A DNA stretch of 64,000 nucleotides from Raillietiella orientalis (lineage: Eukaryota), in NCBI GenBank assembly GCA_036172245.1, contig JAYWIR010000028.1, positions 496,001 to 560,000 on the forward strand. The letters run 5' to 3'. Shown piece by piece: positions 38,553 to 50,100 of this stretch. The notes beneath the pieces were generated by a model. That model had not been told where the DNA came from and ran no database searches. It was given only the letters and a program-made list of their open reading frames with translations. Position 1 is the stretch's first letter. The number at the start of each line of letters is the position of its first letter. A program made the translations under genes and the position numbers.

Positions 38553-41500
38553 GTACAGGCTGGGGAGAACGGGTAGTCTAGCAGCTGCACGACTGCTTTG
38601 TCCGGCAGTGGCGGCAGGGGGAGCGCGGCGTTTATGTCGGGAGGAGTGACGCAGAGGTCGAGGGGCGTCCACCCTCGATGGATGCGCGATGGGAGCTAGC
38701 CGTTGCTCCAGACGATGGAAAGGAGGAAGAAGTCACTCATCCCGGAGACCGATCGGGGAGGAGAGGAGGGGGCGGACGTCCGGCGGCTGTGCTACAGGAG
38801 GAGAGTGACGCAAATTCTCGCGAGGAGGGAGGAGAAAGGTCGACGACGGGAGTGGTCCTCCGGTTTTCAGCGAGAGAGCGGATTCAAGATAAGAGATCTC
38901 GCATATCTTGGCAACGGCTTTCGAAACGGCGCGGCGACTCGAGCGCATCGGTCACGGACGGGACGGAACCAGCGGAGGTCGAAGAGGGTCGCCCTCTCCT
39001 TCCTGGTCAACGACACCGGTCAGGTGGTGCAGCAAGGAGAGCGGAAGGTGGTCGCTGGGACCGAAGATTCGTTCGCCGGGGGAACTTCTACCGCAGCCTC
39101 GGCAACAAGGGGCAATCCCATGGGGAGTGAAAGGAGAGAGTAGCACTGAGCTCTCCCTGGCCCGAAAAAAGGGAGGAAAAGGAAGTCAGGAGGAGGAAGA
39201 AGGAACCCCTGGGACGGCCATTGCAGCATCGGAAGATCGTCCGCACAGGTCGGGGAAAGAGCGACCGGGAGACAGGAAAATTTCGAGTACATCCTGACGA
39301 GTCGAGCGGATCGTCCGGGAGAGAGCGAACCGGAAGAGCTCTCTTCATGGACCACCGCTCGGATGGTCGCCAGCTGCAGCGCATCCTCCGGCGATGGGCG
39401 AGGACCCGTTGGAAGGTGACCTCTCGCGCGCGGACGCAGTAAAGCCGCGGGCTGCTGCTGCTGCTGCTGGTGGTGGTGGTGGAACAGGGCGAGGAGGAGG
39501 GTGCGGCCTTTTCCGTCCTGAGCACGTGACCGGAAGAGCGGACGTTTTTCCAGGCAGGAGCTCGGGACGGCATCGAGAAAAGTGGGAGGGAAAGGAAGGG
39601 GAAAGGGGAGGGCTGGGAAGGGTGGTCGCTCTGCCCACGCGAGGAGAGAGAGCACGCGCGTCCCAGCGTCATGAATCTGGAGCCTCTTGGGAGAGCGGGT
39701 GCCACTACCGGAAGACAGAGGCAGTCCATCGGGCCGCAGTCTCCCCCTTCCCGGGGGCGGCAGTGAATTTCCTCAAGGCGCATCCAGACGAAAACCGGCT
39801 GATGAGAGGGAAGCCAGGGCGTCGGGGTCACCGCGGCGGAAGGAAGAGCCGAGGGGACGGGCGAGCACTTCCGTCGCTTCCCGATGGGAGAGAGGGATGG
39901 GACGGGGGGAGTCCGGCGGCGACGGCGCCCGTCCGAGTGGGCTCCTCCTCCTCCCCCGCTCGGAGGCGGGGTGGGATGGGGTGCAGAGGGACTGCTGCTG
40001 CCCCTTCGTACGCGCGCCACGGAAAAGCGCGCGCCTTGTCCACCCCTGCCCGTTCCGAAAGCGCTGCTTCACTCGAGGAGGGGGGCTCATCGTCACCGAA
40101 CCTCCTCCTCGCGCGTGCGAGACGTGCGAACTGCGCCGCAGTTCGTTGACCCCCTCGGTCTGGACGGAGATGCGTGCGCGCGCACCTCGCGCGCTCATCT
40201 CCCGGGCCGCGCGTGCCTCGGATTTTCTTTCGTCAGGCTTTCAGACTTTTGTGTGCGCTCCCTCTCTTTTGGGAAAGGGGATGGGATGGAGTAGGGTTTG
40301 GGAAGTGTGGGATCTGCGAGCTGGGATCCTCTTCCCTCCTCCCCCTCCTCCCCCCCGACGAGGGAATCCGCCCTTCGGACGGTGGCAGTTGAACTTCACG
40401 AGCTGATGTACGCGGGGCGCCAACCACGCCATCTGCGGATGAATTCGCCAAAGTGTGCTCTCCCGGAACCGGGCTCGTTTCGTTCCGCGTTCCGCGTGTG
40501 CGTGTGCTCACAGACAGGAACTGTTATAGAGAGCAGCTTTTCCAAGTCTGAACCCCGAAAGGGCCCGCCGTCGAGCTGGAAGGGGTCACCCCCGAAATGG
40601 AGATGCCTCGTGGAATCCAACCGTTGCTGCCTGGGGAACCTTCGGCTCCTGGCGGAGCGCCGCCCCAAGTCGGGTGCCAGCAAAAAGTCCGCTTCCCCTG
40701 TCGGGGTGCTCGGTCGGTTGTCGAAGTGCCCCTTCCCAGTACTGGGAGGAGGAGGAGCAGAGGGATGCCGAGAAGAGAAGCAGAGAGGAAAGGCGGCCAA
40801 CGCCGGCCCCGTTCTTCCAGTCTTCCCCGCGCCCTATCCCCAGTCTTCCTCCTCTTCCCACCCGATGAGGAGTCCCTCCAAGCTCAGCGACGCGCTCCCC
40901 TTCCCAAGCAATGAGCATGGGAAGAATTGCTCGATCCACATGCGTGCCCCAGCCCGCAAGCGCAAGAAGAGGGAAGAAGAAAAGAAGCGAGTCTCGGACG
41001 AGGGTCAGGATCGTCCCGTTGCCAGGGACAGGGAAGCTTCTTCCTCCAGCCGAGACCGCCGCGGGAGCGCTAGAGGCAGACTGGTGGCTCCTTTCGGTCT
41101 ACTGTCCCACTGGCGCCTGGCGCCATGCTCGCAGAAGGATCGCACCCATTGTCTGGAGAAGAAATAACTGGTCAACGGCCGCCGACCTGAGCGCTCCAAG
41201 GTGCACCTGTGCCCGGAGGCAGACCTACGGGGGTGGGATGCGACCATCGCCGTCCGGAACGAGTTTGTGCGGTTTTTCCTGCTCCCTCCCTCCCTCCCTC
41301 CTCAAGGTCTCCTAGGGGCGGGGACGGAAAGAAAGGGTCCCGGGAGATGGCTAGTTCCCTCTTCCTAAGCTCGGGAGGCGATCACGGGTGCGAAAGGGGT
41401 CCACGCACAGGAGTACGGCGGCAGAGCCGCGGATTTCGGGAGACCAGGAGGAGAGCTCACTCCCCCCCTCTCCTTTCCAGTGTCAGTGGCTTCTTCGAAA

Positions 41501-43957
41501 GACCAGAGGACACAACCCCCGGACGGCCAACCTCTCTCCCTTCGTTCCCCTTGTCGGAAGCGGAGAGTGAGGGGGATTTCGCTCGGGATTGCTAGCTCCC
41601 TGGATTGCGTAGAGTCGGTGGTCTCCCGATTCTCCCTGCGGGTTCCCCAGGGGGCATCGCACAGGCGTGACCGGGTCAAGATGGGCCCCGTTTCCTCTGA
41701 AAAAGTAGGCCTGCTGCTCTCGCGGGTCAGGTTCTCGTTTGCCAAGGGCGACCCAAATCTTGTCCGCATGGGAGTTGAGGGGTGGCAGCCCGCCGTCCCT
41801 GCTTGGCCCCCTTGCAGGCTTCCCTATTCTTCCGGCATCCGCAGAACGGCGAAAGAGCTGCCGGACTCTTTCGCCCACGAAGAAAGGGTGGAGGGAGAGA
41901 GCAGTGAGTGGATCTGACCCGAGATCTCTCTGATTGGCTCCCTCTGAGAGAAGGTCGGGTTCCTTCGAGCCTTCCCGGAAGAGCAAGCCTCAGCGCCAAC
42001 GGTCTCTTCTCGCGGATCCGGGGGCCGGAGGAGGAGACGTGTGGGGGTAGGCGGGAGCAGACGGAGTCTCTCCTCAATTCACGCGCCCTGGGAGCCCTCT
42101 GCCCCTTTCAGCACCTCCAAGACGAGGGGATAGGAAAAGGAGCAGCCTTGACCTCAGGCTCTTCATCGCTGCCAGACGTCTTTCGGCCGCTGCCATATCC
42201 GCTGTGGCAGCAGCAAAAAAGGGGGACCGTCGGAAGCGTCCCGGAGCTTCCGACCTCTCGTAGACGAAAACGTCGCCGCGCTGCAGTATCCGCAGCCGCC
42301 TCCACTCCAGGAGGAATCCAGGCCGTGTGCATTCTCCAGCGGAAGTAGAAGGGAAGGGAAGGGGGAGGGAGGAGAGATGCGTCGTCCCGCCTCCTCTCAC
42401 TCCTTTCCCTCCCCCCGCTGCCGCTCCGTCTCCGCCGTCCCGCCACCGCGCCTGCTCCCCGCCGCCTCTCTCCCCGGAGACGTCTCCACCACGCTTCCGT
42501 GCGATGACGTCACGCGGGCGCTTATCTTGACCGGGGAATGCTCTCGAGAATCAGGAGCCCTCGCTCGCTCTAGGCGGAGGAAGACTCCTCTTCCTTCCCG
42601 TCTCGCCTCTCTCTTCGCGGAGGAGTCGCTGTCGGTGGCGGCACCCTCCGCCTCTCTCCCTCATTCGCGCAAGGCGCGCGCCTCGAAACGCCCGCGCACG
42701 GCCCGCGCCGTTTCGTTCCGCCCCGCGTTTTCGCCCTTTCCCGGCAAGAGGACCGGTGCCTTCCGCACCAACCTACTCGACAGCATTAGCTGCCCTACTC
42801 CCCCGTGCGTGCACCCGGGGCACCTTCGGATGTGGAGGCGTGGCTGCTGCTGCCGGTGAAGGGGTGTGGGATAGACAGGGCGGAAAGTGCATGTTTTTTG
42901 GGATGGGACGTTTTATCTTCCTCCTCTTCTTCGGGGATCATCGTGTTTCGTGGTGGGCATCGGGGGAAGGGGGGTGGGTGGGGGAGGAGAAGGGTGACTG
43001 AAAGAACTCGGCCGTGTAAACGGTGGGAAGGGAAGAGGATGCCGGGTTTGCCCTTTGCGTCTCCGCCGAGATAAAAATAGCTGCCTCCCTGGAGACAATC
43101 CCAGCAGTGTGCCGAGGCTCTTCGTTTTTTTTTTTTTTTTTTCCCCCCCTTCTCAAAAGATGGGGAAGGGGGGGAGGGTCGCCAGAGTTGACCCGGCTAC
43201 GGGAGGACGTGCGTGCAGTGTCTCTTCCTTCGTTCCCTCCTCCCCCCCCGCTTTTTTTTTCTTGCGCAACGCCACTGGCGCGCCCTCGTTGCTCTTCCCC
43301 CCCTCCCCTCTCAGAACACAACGCGGAGGTGTCCTTTGGAGGACGGAAGCAGAAGCAGCAGCGGCAGCTGCTGGTGCGGAGGAAGGCAGGCGCAAGGAGC
43401 GAGGGGAAGGAGGGGCGACGCTCGCTGTCACCGAATCCCAGGAGTCCCGTAGGAGGATCCGCTCCAGTAAGAATCTGGAAAGGAGTGTAGGATGGAGTGT
43501 AGAGGGGGGGGGGGCATCATGAGGCCTTCCTTCCCGTCCTTCCTCGAAATGAGAGGTCTTCTCCCTTGGGAATCTGCCCGGCTACCCGGGACAGACGCTT
43601 CTTCTCTACGAGGGCCCTGCCGGGTCGGGACAAACTGGAAAACAAAACAAAAAACACTCAGCAGCTGCGGTAACAAAAGATCGCCTCTTCCCGTCTCCTT
43701 GGTTACGAGCTTTACGATCCCGGCTTCCGCAGACCCCGGCTGCGATTGCATAATTAGGAAGGGTTATGGCCGCGGTCGTTACCATCGAGGAGTCAGTGGC
43801 GAGGGCGGAAGAACTCGTGCCGGTCGCCATGGAGAGGCTACTGAGACGGTTAGCGCCGCTACTGCGGTGCTCCGGCTGCCAGGGCTGTTGCGCGCACCTG
43901 CGGAGATCAGGACGGAAGAGGAGGAGGACGTGGCAGCGGCGACCTCACTCGTCTCCA

Positions 43958-44355
43958 GTGGGATCCAGAAGCCGCTCGGGTGGTCGTAATCATGGATCCA
44001 GGGAGCAGTCTTCCCATTGCATCTGGAAAGCGCTCCTCCTCCTCTTTTTCCCTTTCCTTCCCTCCACCCGTGGCTGCAACCCCATGCCACGGGTCCGCGT
44101 CCACCTCGCCGCTGCCTTTCTGCGCGCCTGAGTCGCCGTCGCCTAGCTCGCGGAGAGAAGGACGGGGACGAGGGGGAGGAGGAAGGGAGAAAGATTGAGA
44201 GAGGAACAGAAAGAAGAACAGGGGAGAAACGGGAAGACAATGGGGGAATAGGAGGACGGCCGCGCGCTCCTTCGGGGATTGTGCCGTGTCTCCAGACTCC
44301 TCTTCCCTGTGGTCCTAGACGCAGCAGGGAGAGGGTGTATCCTTAGAGGTGGCAG
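43958..44355 (+). repeat. Diverged dispersed repeat, copy A
   Basis: Collinear blocks shared with 45726-46160: tgggatccagaa, aagattgaga, ccagactcctcttccct, ggtcctagacgcagcaggga, gaggtggcag. Confidence 0.85.
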
Positions 44356-44747
44356 CCGCGAGGAGCTCGGCCCTCTCCTCTGGGAAGGGGGTGGAGTCCC
44401 TCTCATTGCCTGAGGTATCCCCTTCTGCCCTCCTTCCCTGCGTCCTCAGTCCAGGGCGATGCCCTCACTTCCTGTCCTTTGCATCTCGTGCGGGAGGGAG
44501 TGGTTCGAGGAGCATTGATTTCCGCTGCTCACCCCGGAAAGCCCAAAGGAGTCCCTTCCGACCCCTCCCTTCCTCGAGGATGCGCTTTAAGAGAGACAGA
44601 GAGAGGGGGCGAGTTTCGGGAGGACGCCTGTTTACGGAAGCAGCTCAAGGGATATCCCGTCCCGTTCTCGTGGGGCGCGCGGTACCTGCGAGCGCCAAGC
44701 GCCACGGCGCTGCGTCACTCCTGTTTCACTCCTGTCCTCCCTTCCAG

Positions 44748-44911
44748 ATGCAGCCGGAGACGAGGGGGATGATCAACTTGATGTTCTCGGAGCCCTTCGT
44801 GCTGTCCGCCAACTTGCACAACGGCGCCCTCGTCGCCAACTACCCGTACGACAAGAGCCGCTCCGGGAACTTCCAGGAGTTCACGGACACCCCTGACGGG
44901 GAACTCTTTAG
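44748..44911 (+). CDS. CPE: Carboxypeptidase E-like, exon 4 (third zinc ligand His)
   Basis: MQPETRGM...PFVLSANLHNGALVANYPYD...TPDGELFR. Acceptor cttccag|, donor AG|gtgagc. Follows an 18652-nt intron. Confidence 0.96.
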
Positions 44912-45725
44912 GTGAGCCGCCCCGGTCGGGTCTGGAGTCCTCCGATGGCCGCGGAGGGAGGTCGTGGGGAGACGCACCGTCCTCTCCCGGAAAACTAACC
45001 TTCCTTCTACCCGTAGGAGGGGGAGGAGGGACTCCCTCGCACCCCTGCGGCTTCCTCCCTCTGTGTTGCTGCCACCCCACTGGAACGCGCACATTTCACC
45101 TCGCCTCGTCGAGTCGGAACGCGGGGGAGGGGGGGGGGAGGAGACGCCACAGCTCGCCTCGAAGGGGTCATCCCGTGACCCTGAGTGAAAGTTCCCCAGG
45201 GGAAAAAAAAGACGCCTCGGTGGCAGAAGCGGAAATGGAACGGGTGGTGGAGAGGCTGGCATTCTTCCGGACTGCTTCGGACCTTTCTTCCCCGAGAGAG
45301 CGGGAGTGGACGGATGGCTCTCGGTTCAAGGTCACATGGAAGATGCGGGTGGGAGATGCGACCCTCGGCTTCCCGGAAGAACCGCCGCGAACTCGGCCGG
45401 AGTTCCCCTGCGCTCCTCCTGGAGCCCTAGTCTAGACGCGCAGGGCCTACTGATGGCCGTCGTGGAGTCCCCTCTCCACCGGAGGCTGCCTCTTCCACTC
45501 TGCGACCCCTGCCCGGCCCCACACGTGACATCGAGCATGGTCTTCTCCCTGGAGAAGGTCGCCGCTGTCGAGTTGTCAGGTGCCGTCTCCAGCTGCTCCT
45601 CGGCAACGGCTTCGCGCGCCCGCAGTCGCTCCAGATGTCTCAGGGGCGCATGGAGCACAACTGCTTCCATCTCCGCCATTCTCCCAGCACGAGGGGGACA
45701 TCTCGCACGCTCATGCTGCTGCTGC

Positions 45726-46160
45726 TGGGATCCAGAAACCAATCCCTGTAGGCGGGAGAGATCTTCCCGGCTTCCCTCGCTGTCTTCCGGTCCCGAAGGG
45801 AGGTGGGCGGGCGTATCCACTGCTGATCCTTCCTGACCTCGCTCTTCCCTCTTCCCTTCCCCTCCGAGGAGGTGGCTGATGCGGCTCGACCTTATGGAGG
45901 GAGGGCAGGAGACTTCCTGGGTCGTCGTCGTCTACTTCCCGAGGGGAACGGATTCCGTGAGGGAGGAGGAGGAGAAAAAGATTGAGAGGGTAACAGGAAG
46001 AAGAACCGGAGGGAAACGGGAATTCGCTAGTTCCTGGGGTAATACGGCGATGGGAGGAAGATGGCCGCGTGCTGCTTCGAGGACTCCGCCGCGCCCCCAG
46101 ACTCCTCTTCCCTGGGGTCCTAGACGCAGCAGGGAGTGGGTGGATCCTCCGAGGTGGCAG
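45726..46160 (+). repeat. Diverged dispersed repeat, copy B
   Basis: Same collinear blocks as 43958-44355, with indels. Confidence 0.85.
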
Positions 46161-46296
46161 AGCTGTTCCGGGGCGCGTCTCACTGCCTCGCAGTGCTGCG
46201 AGGCGAAGCTCTGCTGCTAGCGTTGCCCCCGGAAGGAGGAATCCCCGGGGCTCCTCCCTCTTTCCGACGAAGGGCGACAGCTTTCTGGCGTTCCAG

Positions 46297-46430
46297 GCAC
46301 CTGGCGAGGTCGTACGCGGACCTGCACCCCAAGATGGGCGTCCAGAAGTTCCTGTGCATCTCCTCTGATCAGAGCTTCATCTCCAACAAGGGGATCACGA
46401 ACGGGGCGCAGTGGTATTCCCTGAAGGGAG
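46297..46430 (+). CDS. CPE: Carboxypeptidase E-like, exon 5
   Basis: HLARSYADLHPKM...GITNGAQWYSLKG; phase 2 to 1. Confidence 0.95.
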
Positions 46431-46473
46431 GTGAGAGAGGGTGGGGGACGCCCGGAGGCGGCTTCTCCCGCAG

Positions 46474-46613
46474 GAATGCAGGACTTCTCCTACCTGGGGA
46501 CAAACTCGTTCGAGTTGACCATGGAACTGGGATGCAACAAGTTTCCCGACGCCAGCGTCCTTCCTGAGGAGTGGAAGGACAACAGGGACTCCCTTTACAA
46601 CTTCCTGTGGCAG
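46474..46613 (+). CDS. CPE: Carboxypeptidase E-like, exon 6 (catalytic Glu)
   Basis: GMQDFSYLGTNSFELTMELGCNKFP...EWKDNRDSL. Flanked by introns of 43 and 46 nt. Confidence 0.96.
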
Positions 46614-46659
46614 GTAGGGTGTTTCCCGCCTTATGCGGCTCCATTCCCTCCTCCCGCAG

Positions 46660-46766
46660 AGTCACCTGGGAATAAAGGGAATAGTGTTAGACGGGAACAG
46701 AGGGTCGCGCATCCCCGGTGCCACTGTTAGAATCTTCCGGTGGGACAGCAATCCCTGGAGCATGAA
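46660..46766 (+). CDS. CPE: Carboxypeptidase E-like, exon 7 (start of transthyretin-like domain)
   Basis: SHLGIKGIVLDG...IPGATVRI. The best donor is AA|gtaagg at 46767; an alternative same-phase donor CG|gtggga lies at 46740. Confidence 0.8.
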
Positions 46767-46821
46767 GTAAGGGGACACGGGGGATCGCGCCGCGTCTCCA
46801 GGATCAACGGCTCGTTCCCAG

Positions 46822-46889
46822 GGACCGCGGATGGGGCGGCGGGATCGGTTCCGGTTCCTGGAATCAGATCAAACACGACGTCACCACTG
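46822..46889 (+). CDS. CPE: Carboxypeptidase E-like, exon 8
   Basis: The only phase-compatible acceptor is ttcccag| at 46821. Encodes DRGWGGGIGSGSWNQIKHDVTT; donor |gtgaga. Confidence 0.8.
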
Positions 46890-46941
46890 GTGAGACGACG
46901 CTCCCTGAGCCTGCCTTCACCTTCTGTTCCCTCCCCGCCAG

Positions 46942-47150
46942 ATTCGAAGGGAAACTTCTGGAGGCTGCTGATCGACGGTTCCTACCTGGTCCAGGTCAGC
47001 GTCCCTGGTTATCAGACAGCAACGAAGATCGTCCAAGTGGTGTCCAGGCCGCGGGAGGAAGCCCAGCAAGTGGACTTCGTCCTCACCAGGCAGAGTATTG
47101 GTCAGCGGCAGTCCCTCGAGGTGAGAGAAGGGGCGTGCAGCGTTCGCTGA
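46942..47150 (+). CDS. CPE: Carboxypeptidase E-like, exon 9 (3' end uncertain)
   Basis: GNFWRLLIDGSYLVQVSVPGY...VDFVL. Either reads to TGA at 47148-47150 (about 495 aa) or splices at GAG|gtgaga (47121) to a short further exon. Confidence 0.85.
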
Positions 47151-50100
47151 CACGAGTCCGGGAGCGGGAAAGGGGCACCAGAGGAGATTCCCGTCTTCCT
47201 TGACGTCGCCGTCGCAGTTCCCGAGGAGCCTTCTTGCCCTGGAGTGACCCACGAGGATGCTTGCGAGTCCCCCCCACCCCCCGGGGGGTGAAGACCGAAC
47301 CCCTCGAGCATCTCCCGGCAGCACCTCCTCTTCTCTATACCTTCTCGACTGCCCTTCCCCCTTGCTCCTCCGAAAACCACGACGACGCCCGCCACTCTCG
47401 ACGGCTGCCTTGGAATCCTTGTGGATGTAGCCCGCCGTGGAGAAAGCCTGCTTACGGAGCGGCTGCTGGGGCAACGGACGTTATCCCTGCAGAATCCTTC
47501 AGCTTTCTGCTTTCCTTCCTCTCCCTTTCGCTTGCCTCTGGCACGTTCTCGGTTCCCTCCCGATGCTGCTCCTACCAGGAGTGGGGGGGAGAGGACGCCA
47601 TTCCCTATCCCTTTTTCTGAGGGTAGCTCGAGACAGTCTCTCCCGGAGTGGAAAAGCAGACGGAGCATTTCCGACTGACTCGGCTGCGCTTCCCGCTTCT
47701 TCCTGGAGCGCGTCTGGAAGGAGAGGAGGAACCCGCGAGAGGTGCGAATGCCCGCCCTCCTCCCGTGTTGATCTTGAGAGGGCGCTGCTGGCGAAGCCCC
47801 CTCAAGATCGACCCCCTCCCCCAAGAGCGGGGAGCCGGCCGGAGGAAGGGGGCTCGTGTTCGCGCCAAGTGGGCTCGCCCTCCGATGAGGAAGAAGGAGT
47901 TTGGGGCATACGCGAGCATCTTCGTTCCCGTGCATGCCTGCCGGGAACCGATCCGGAGTCAGCTGCGGAGGCAAAGGTCTTTCCTGCCCCATCGATCCTC
48001 TCCCTCGGTCTCCGAGGAGCAGTGACTCGCCTGGGACTCGTCCCTGGACTGACTGCCCTCATCTCTGCATGCCCTCTCCCCTTCCTCCCGACCACGAGTC
48101 GGGAGCTTCTGCCGACCGCGCGGGCAGCGCCGCGGAATCGCCTCCGTCTGGCAAACCTCCCACGGAAGGAGACCCCCCAGGAGTCGCTGCAGCCCCTGTG
48201 GGGATCTCCCGGCTCTTCCTCCTTCTCGACCCACTAGCCCTCCTCTGAATCGCCTACAGCGCTGTCCAGCTGGTGGTGTCCCTCGGAGGATCGCTAGACC
48301 GAACCCTCCTCTCCTCTCCCCCCCCCACCCCCCCCGCGTACTGGAGTGAGGTAGGCAAGGGCAAGCAGGAGGGAAGGGACTCTCGTCCGGCCTTGCAGCT
48401 CGGGAGTGGCACGGATTCCGTCCCTACGAAGAGCCGGTAGGGAAGAAGGGAGGAAGGGGATCGACTCGACCACCATCTCTTGCGTGCGCACCCTCTCCTT
48501 GGAGAGCCGCTGTGAACCCCAACTGCCCCCTTTCTGCCTCGGTCCACCCCGCACCATGGGGAGAATGCGCGCTACTGGCGCCTGCGAGACGGCGAGAAGA
48601 ATAGACCACTCTGTTCTTCTCGCCGCTCTCTGTTCTTCTCCGCTTCCGGATCCTACTGGCGCGCAACGTCCTCCGCCGTTACCATTGCGCCCCCTTCCCT
48701 CTTCCGTTCTCCCCTTTTCCTTACTGCAGTTCAGAGGAGGAAGGAACTGAGGGAAGGGAAAAGGAAGACTTCCCTCGCCCCGGAAGGACGCCGCCCGAAG
48801 AACCGGACGCTTCTGGCTGAGCACGCGAGCGAGGGAGCGATCGGGGGAGAAGCAAAGGGAAGGCGCGCCAGCCCCGCTCCCCTCTCCTTTTTCCCTGGTC
48901 AAAGGTAGAGAGGCGCGCGGATCGCCTCCGCCCACCTTGCGGAGGCGTCGTCGTGCGGGCAACGTCCAAAGCGCGTGCTCTTCCTGGTGCCGCCCGAGGC
49001 GTTCCGGGCTTCGACTTTCCCTCTCTCCCTCTTCCGCGATCTCCCATCGTGCGTACTACGCAGGGGAGGGGAAGGGAGGTGAACGGCGACGCTTCTGATG
49101 GAGGTCTCGGTCGCGCGCAGGACCGCAAGCGCGCTGTGCCCTGAGAGACCGCAGGAGATGGCCAACGTCCTTTTCGCGGCCGCGACGGCGACACCATCCG
49201 GGATGATAGCAGCTCGGAACTCCCGGTTCACCGCACGCGGCGCGCGCGCTCTTCAGATAAGGGCGACGCCGTCTCCAGGGGACAAACAAACCAGAAGCAT
49301 GCAAACAAAAACATCTCCAGCGTTCGTTGCAAAACGCAGATAAGGTCGATTTACTCTTGGGCAAGAGCGGGGACCACCTGCGCGTGGGTTATCGGGAGAT
49401 ATCGCTCGCCGCCCTGGAGAGCATCTTCGCCTTCGCCGGCGCGTTTCCAAAACTTCCCCATGCCACCGATCTTTCTTATCTGTTTGCTTCTAGGACCTCA
49501 ATCTCCCGCGCGAGGAGGACGGCCGTAGCCGGGGAGACGAAAGGTGGAAGCGTCGGGAAGAGCAGGAAGGAGGAGAACGCCGCGATCAACGGCTGCTGCT
49601 GGAGAGAAGGGTCCTCGCCAGCGCCGGAGGAGTGAAACAGCGGGGAATGGACTCGGGAGGCTTCCCCGAAACTCCCGAGGCGGCGGCGGCTTCCTGAGTC
49701 CTCGCGCCCCCTTCCCTCGCACGTACGCCTCCTCCCCTCCCCTCCCCCCTTCCTCCAGGTTTTTGGTGTAAAGACGGCTTCTCGCAAAAATACATCTCGT
49801 GGGTGGACATGCTGCTGCTTGATGCCGTGCGCTCCGCAGACGAGCGCGGCCACACGCACGCGCGCCCAGGACGCACGCACGCACGGCGGAACGCTGCTTG
49901 CGCGCCCGCTGCCGGCGAGAGAGTCGGCGGTGTCGGCACGCGAGAAGCCGCGCACGATCGTGATCAATACGGCGTGACGTCACCGGGCACGCGTTCGCGG
50001 GGCGTGCCCGGAGTTCGCGCGCGCGCACCGATTTTTCCACGAATGTGCGCGCGATTTTCCTTCCGCGAAGAGAGCGGCGCGGGAACACTCTTCTGGCTGC

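Noticed and set aside
26100..44700. Many long ORFs (up to 584 aa, e.g. 31799-33553, 27198-28568, 30035-31384) as nested genes
   Set aside because: They are Arg/Pro/Gly/Ser-rich, overlap in all six frames and show no recognisable domain. This is expected from stop-codon scarcity at very high GC.
46802..46860. Acceptor at 46801 giving RINGSFPG
   Set aside because: It puts the conserved IKHDVTT out of frame with either upstream donor.
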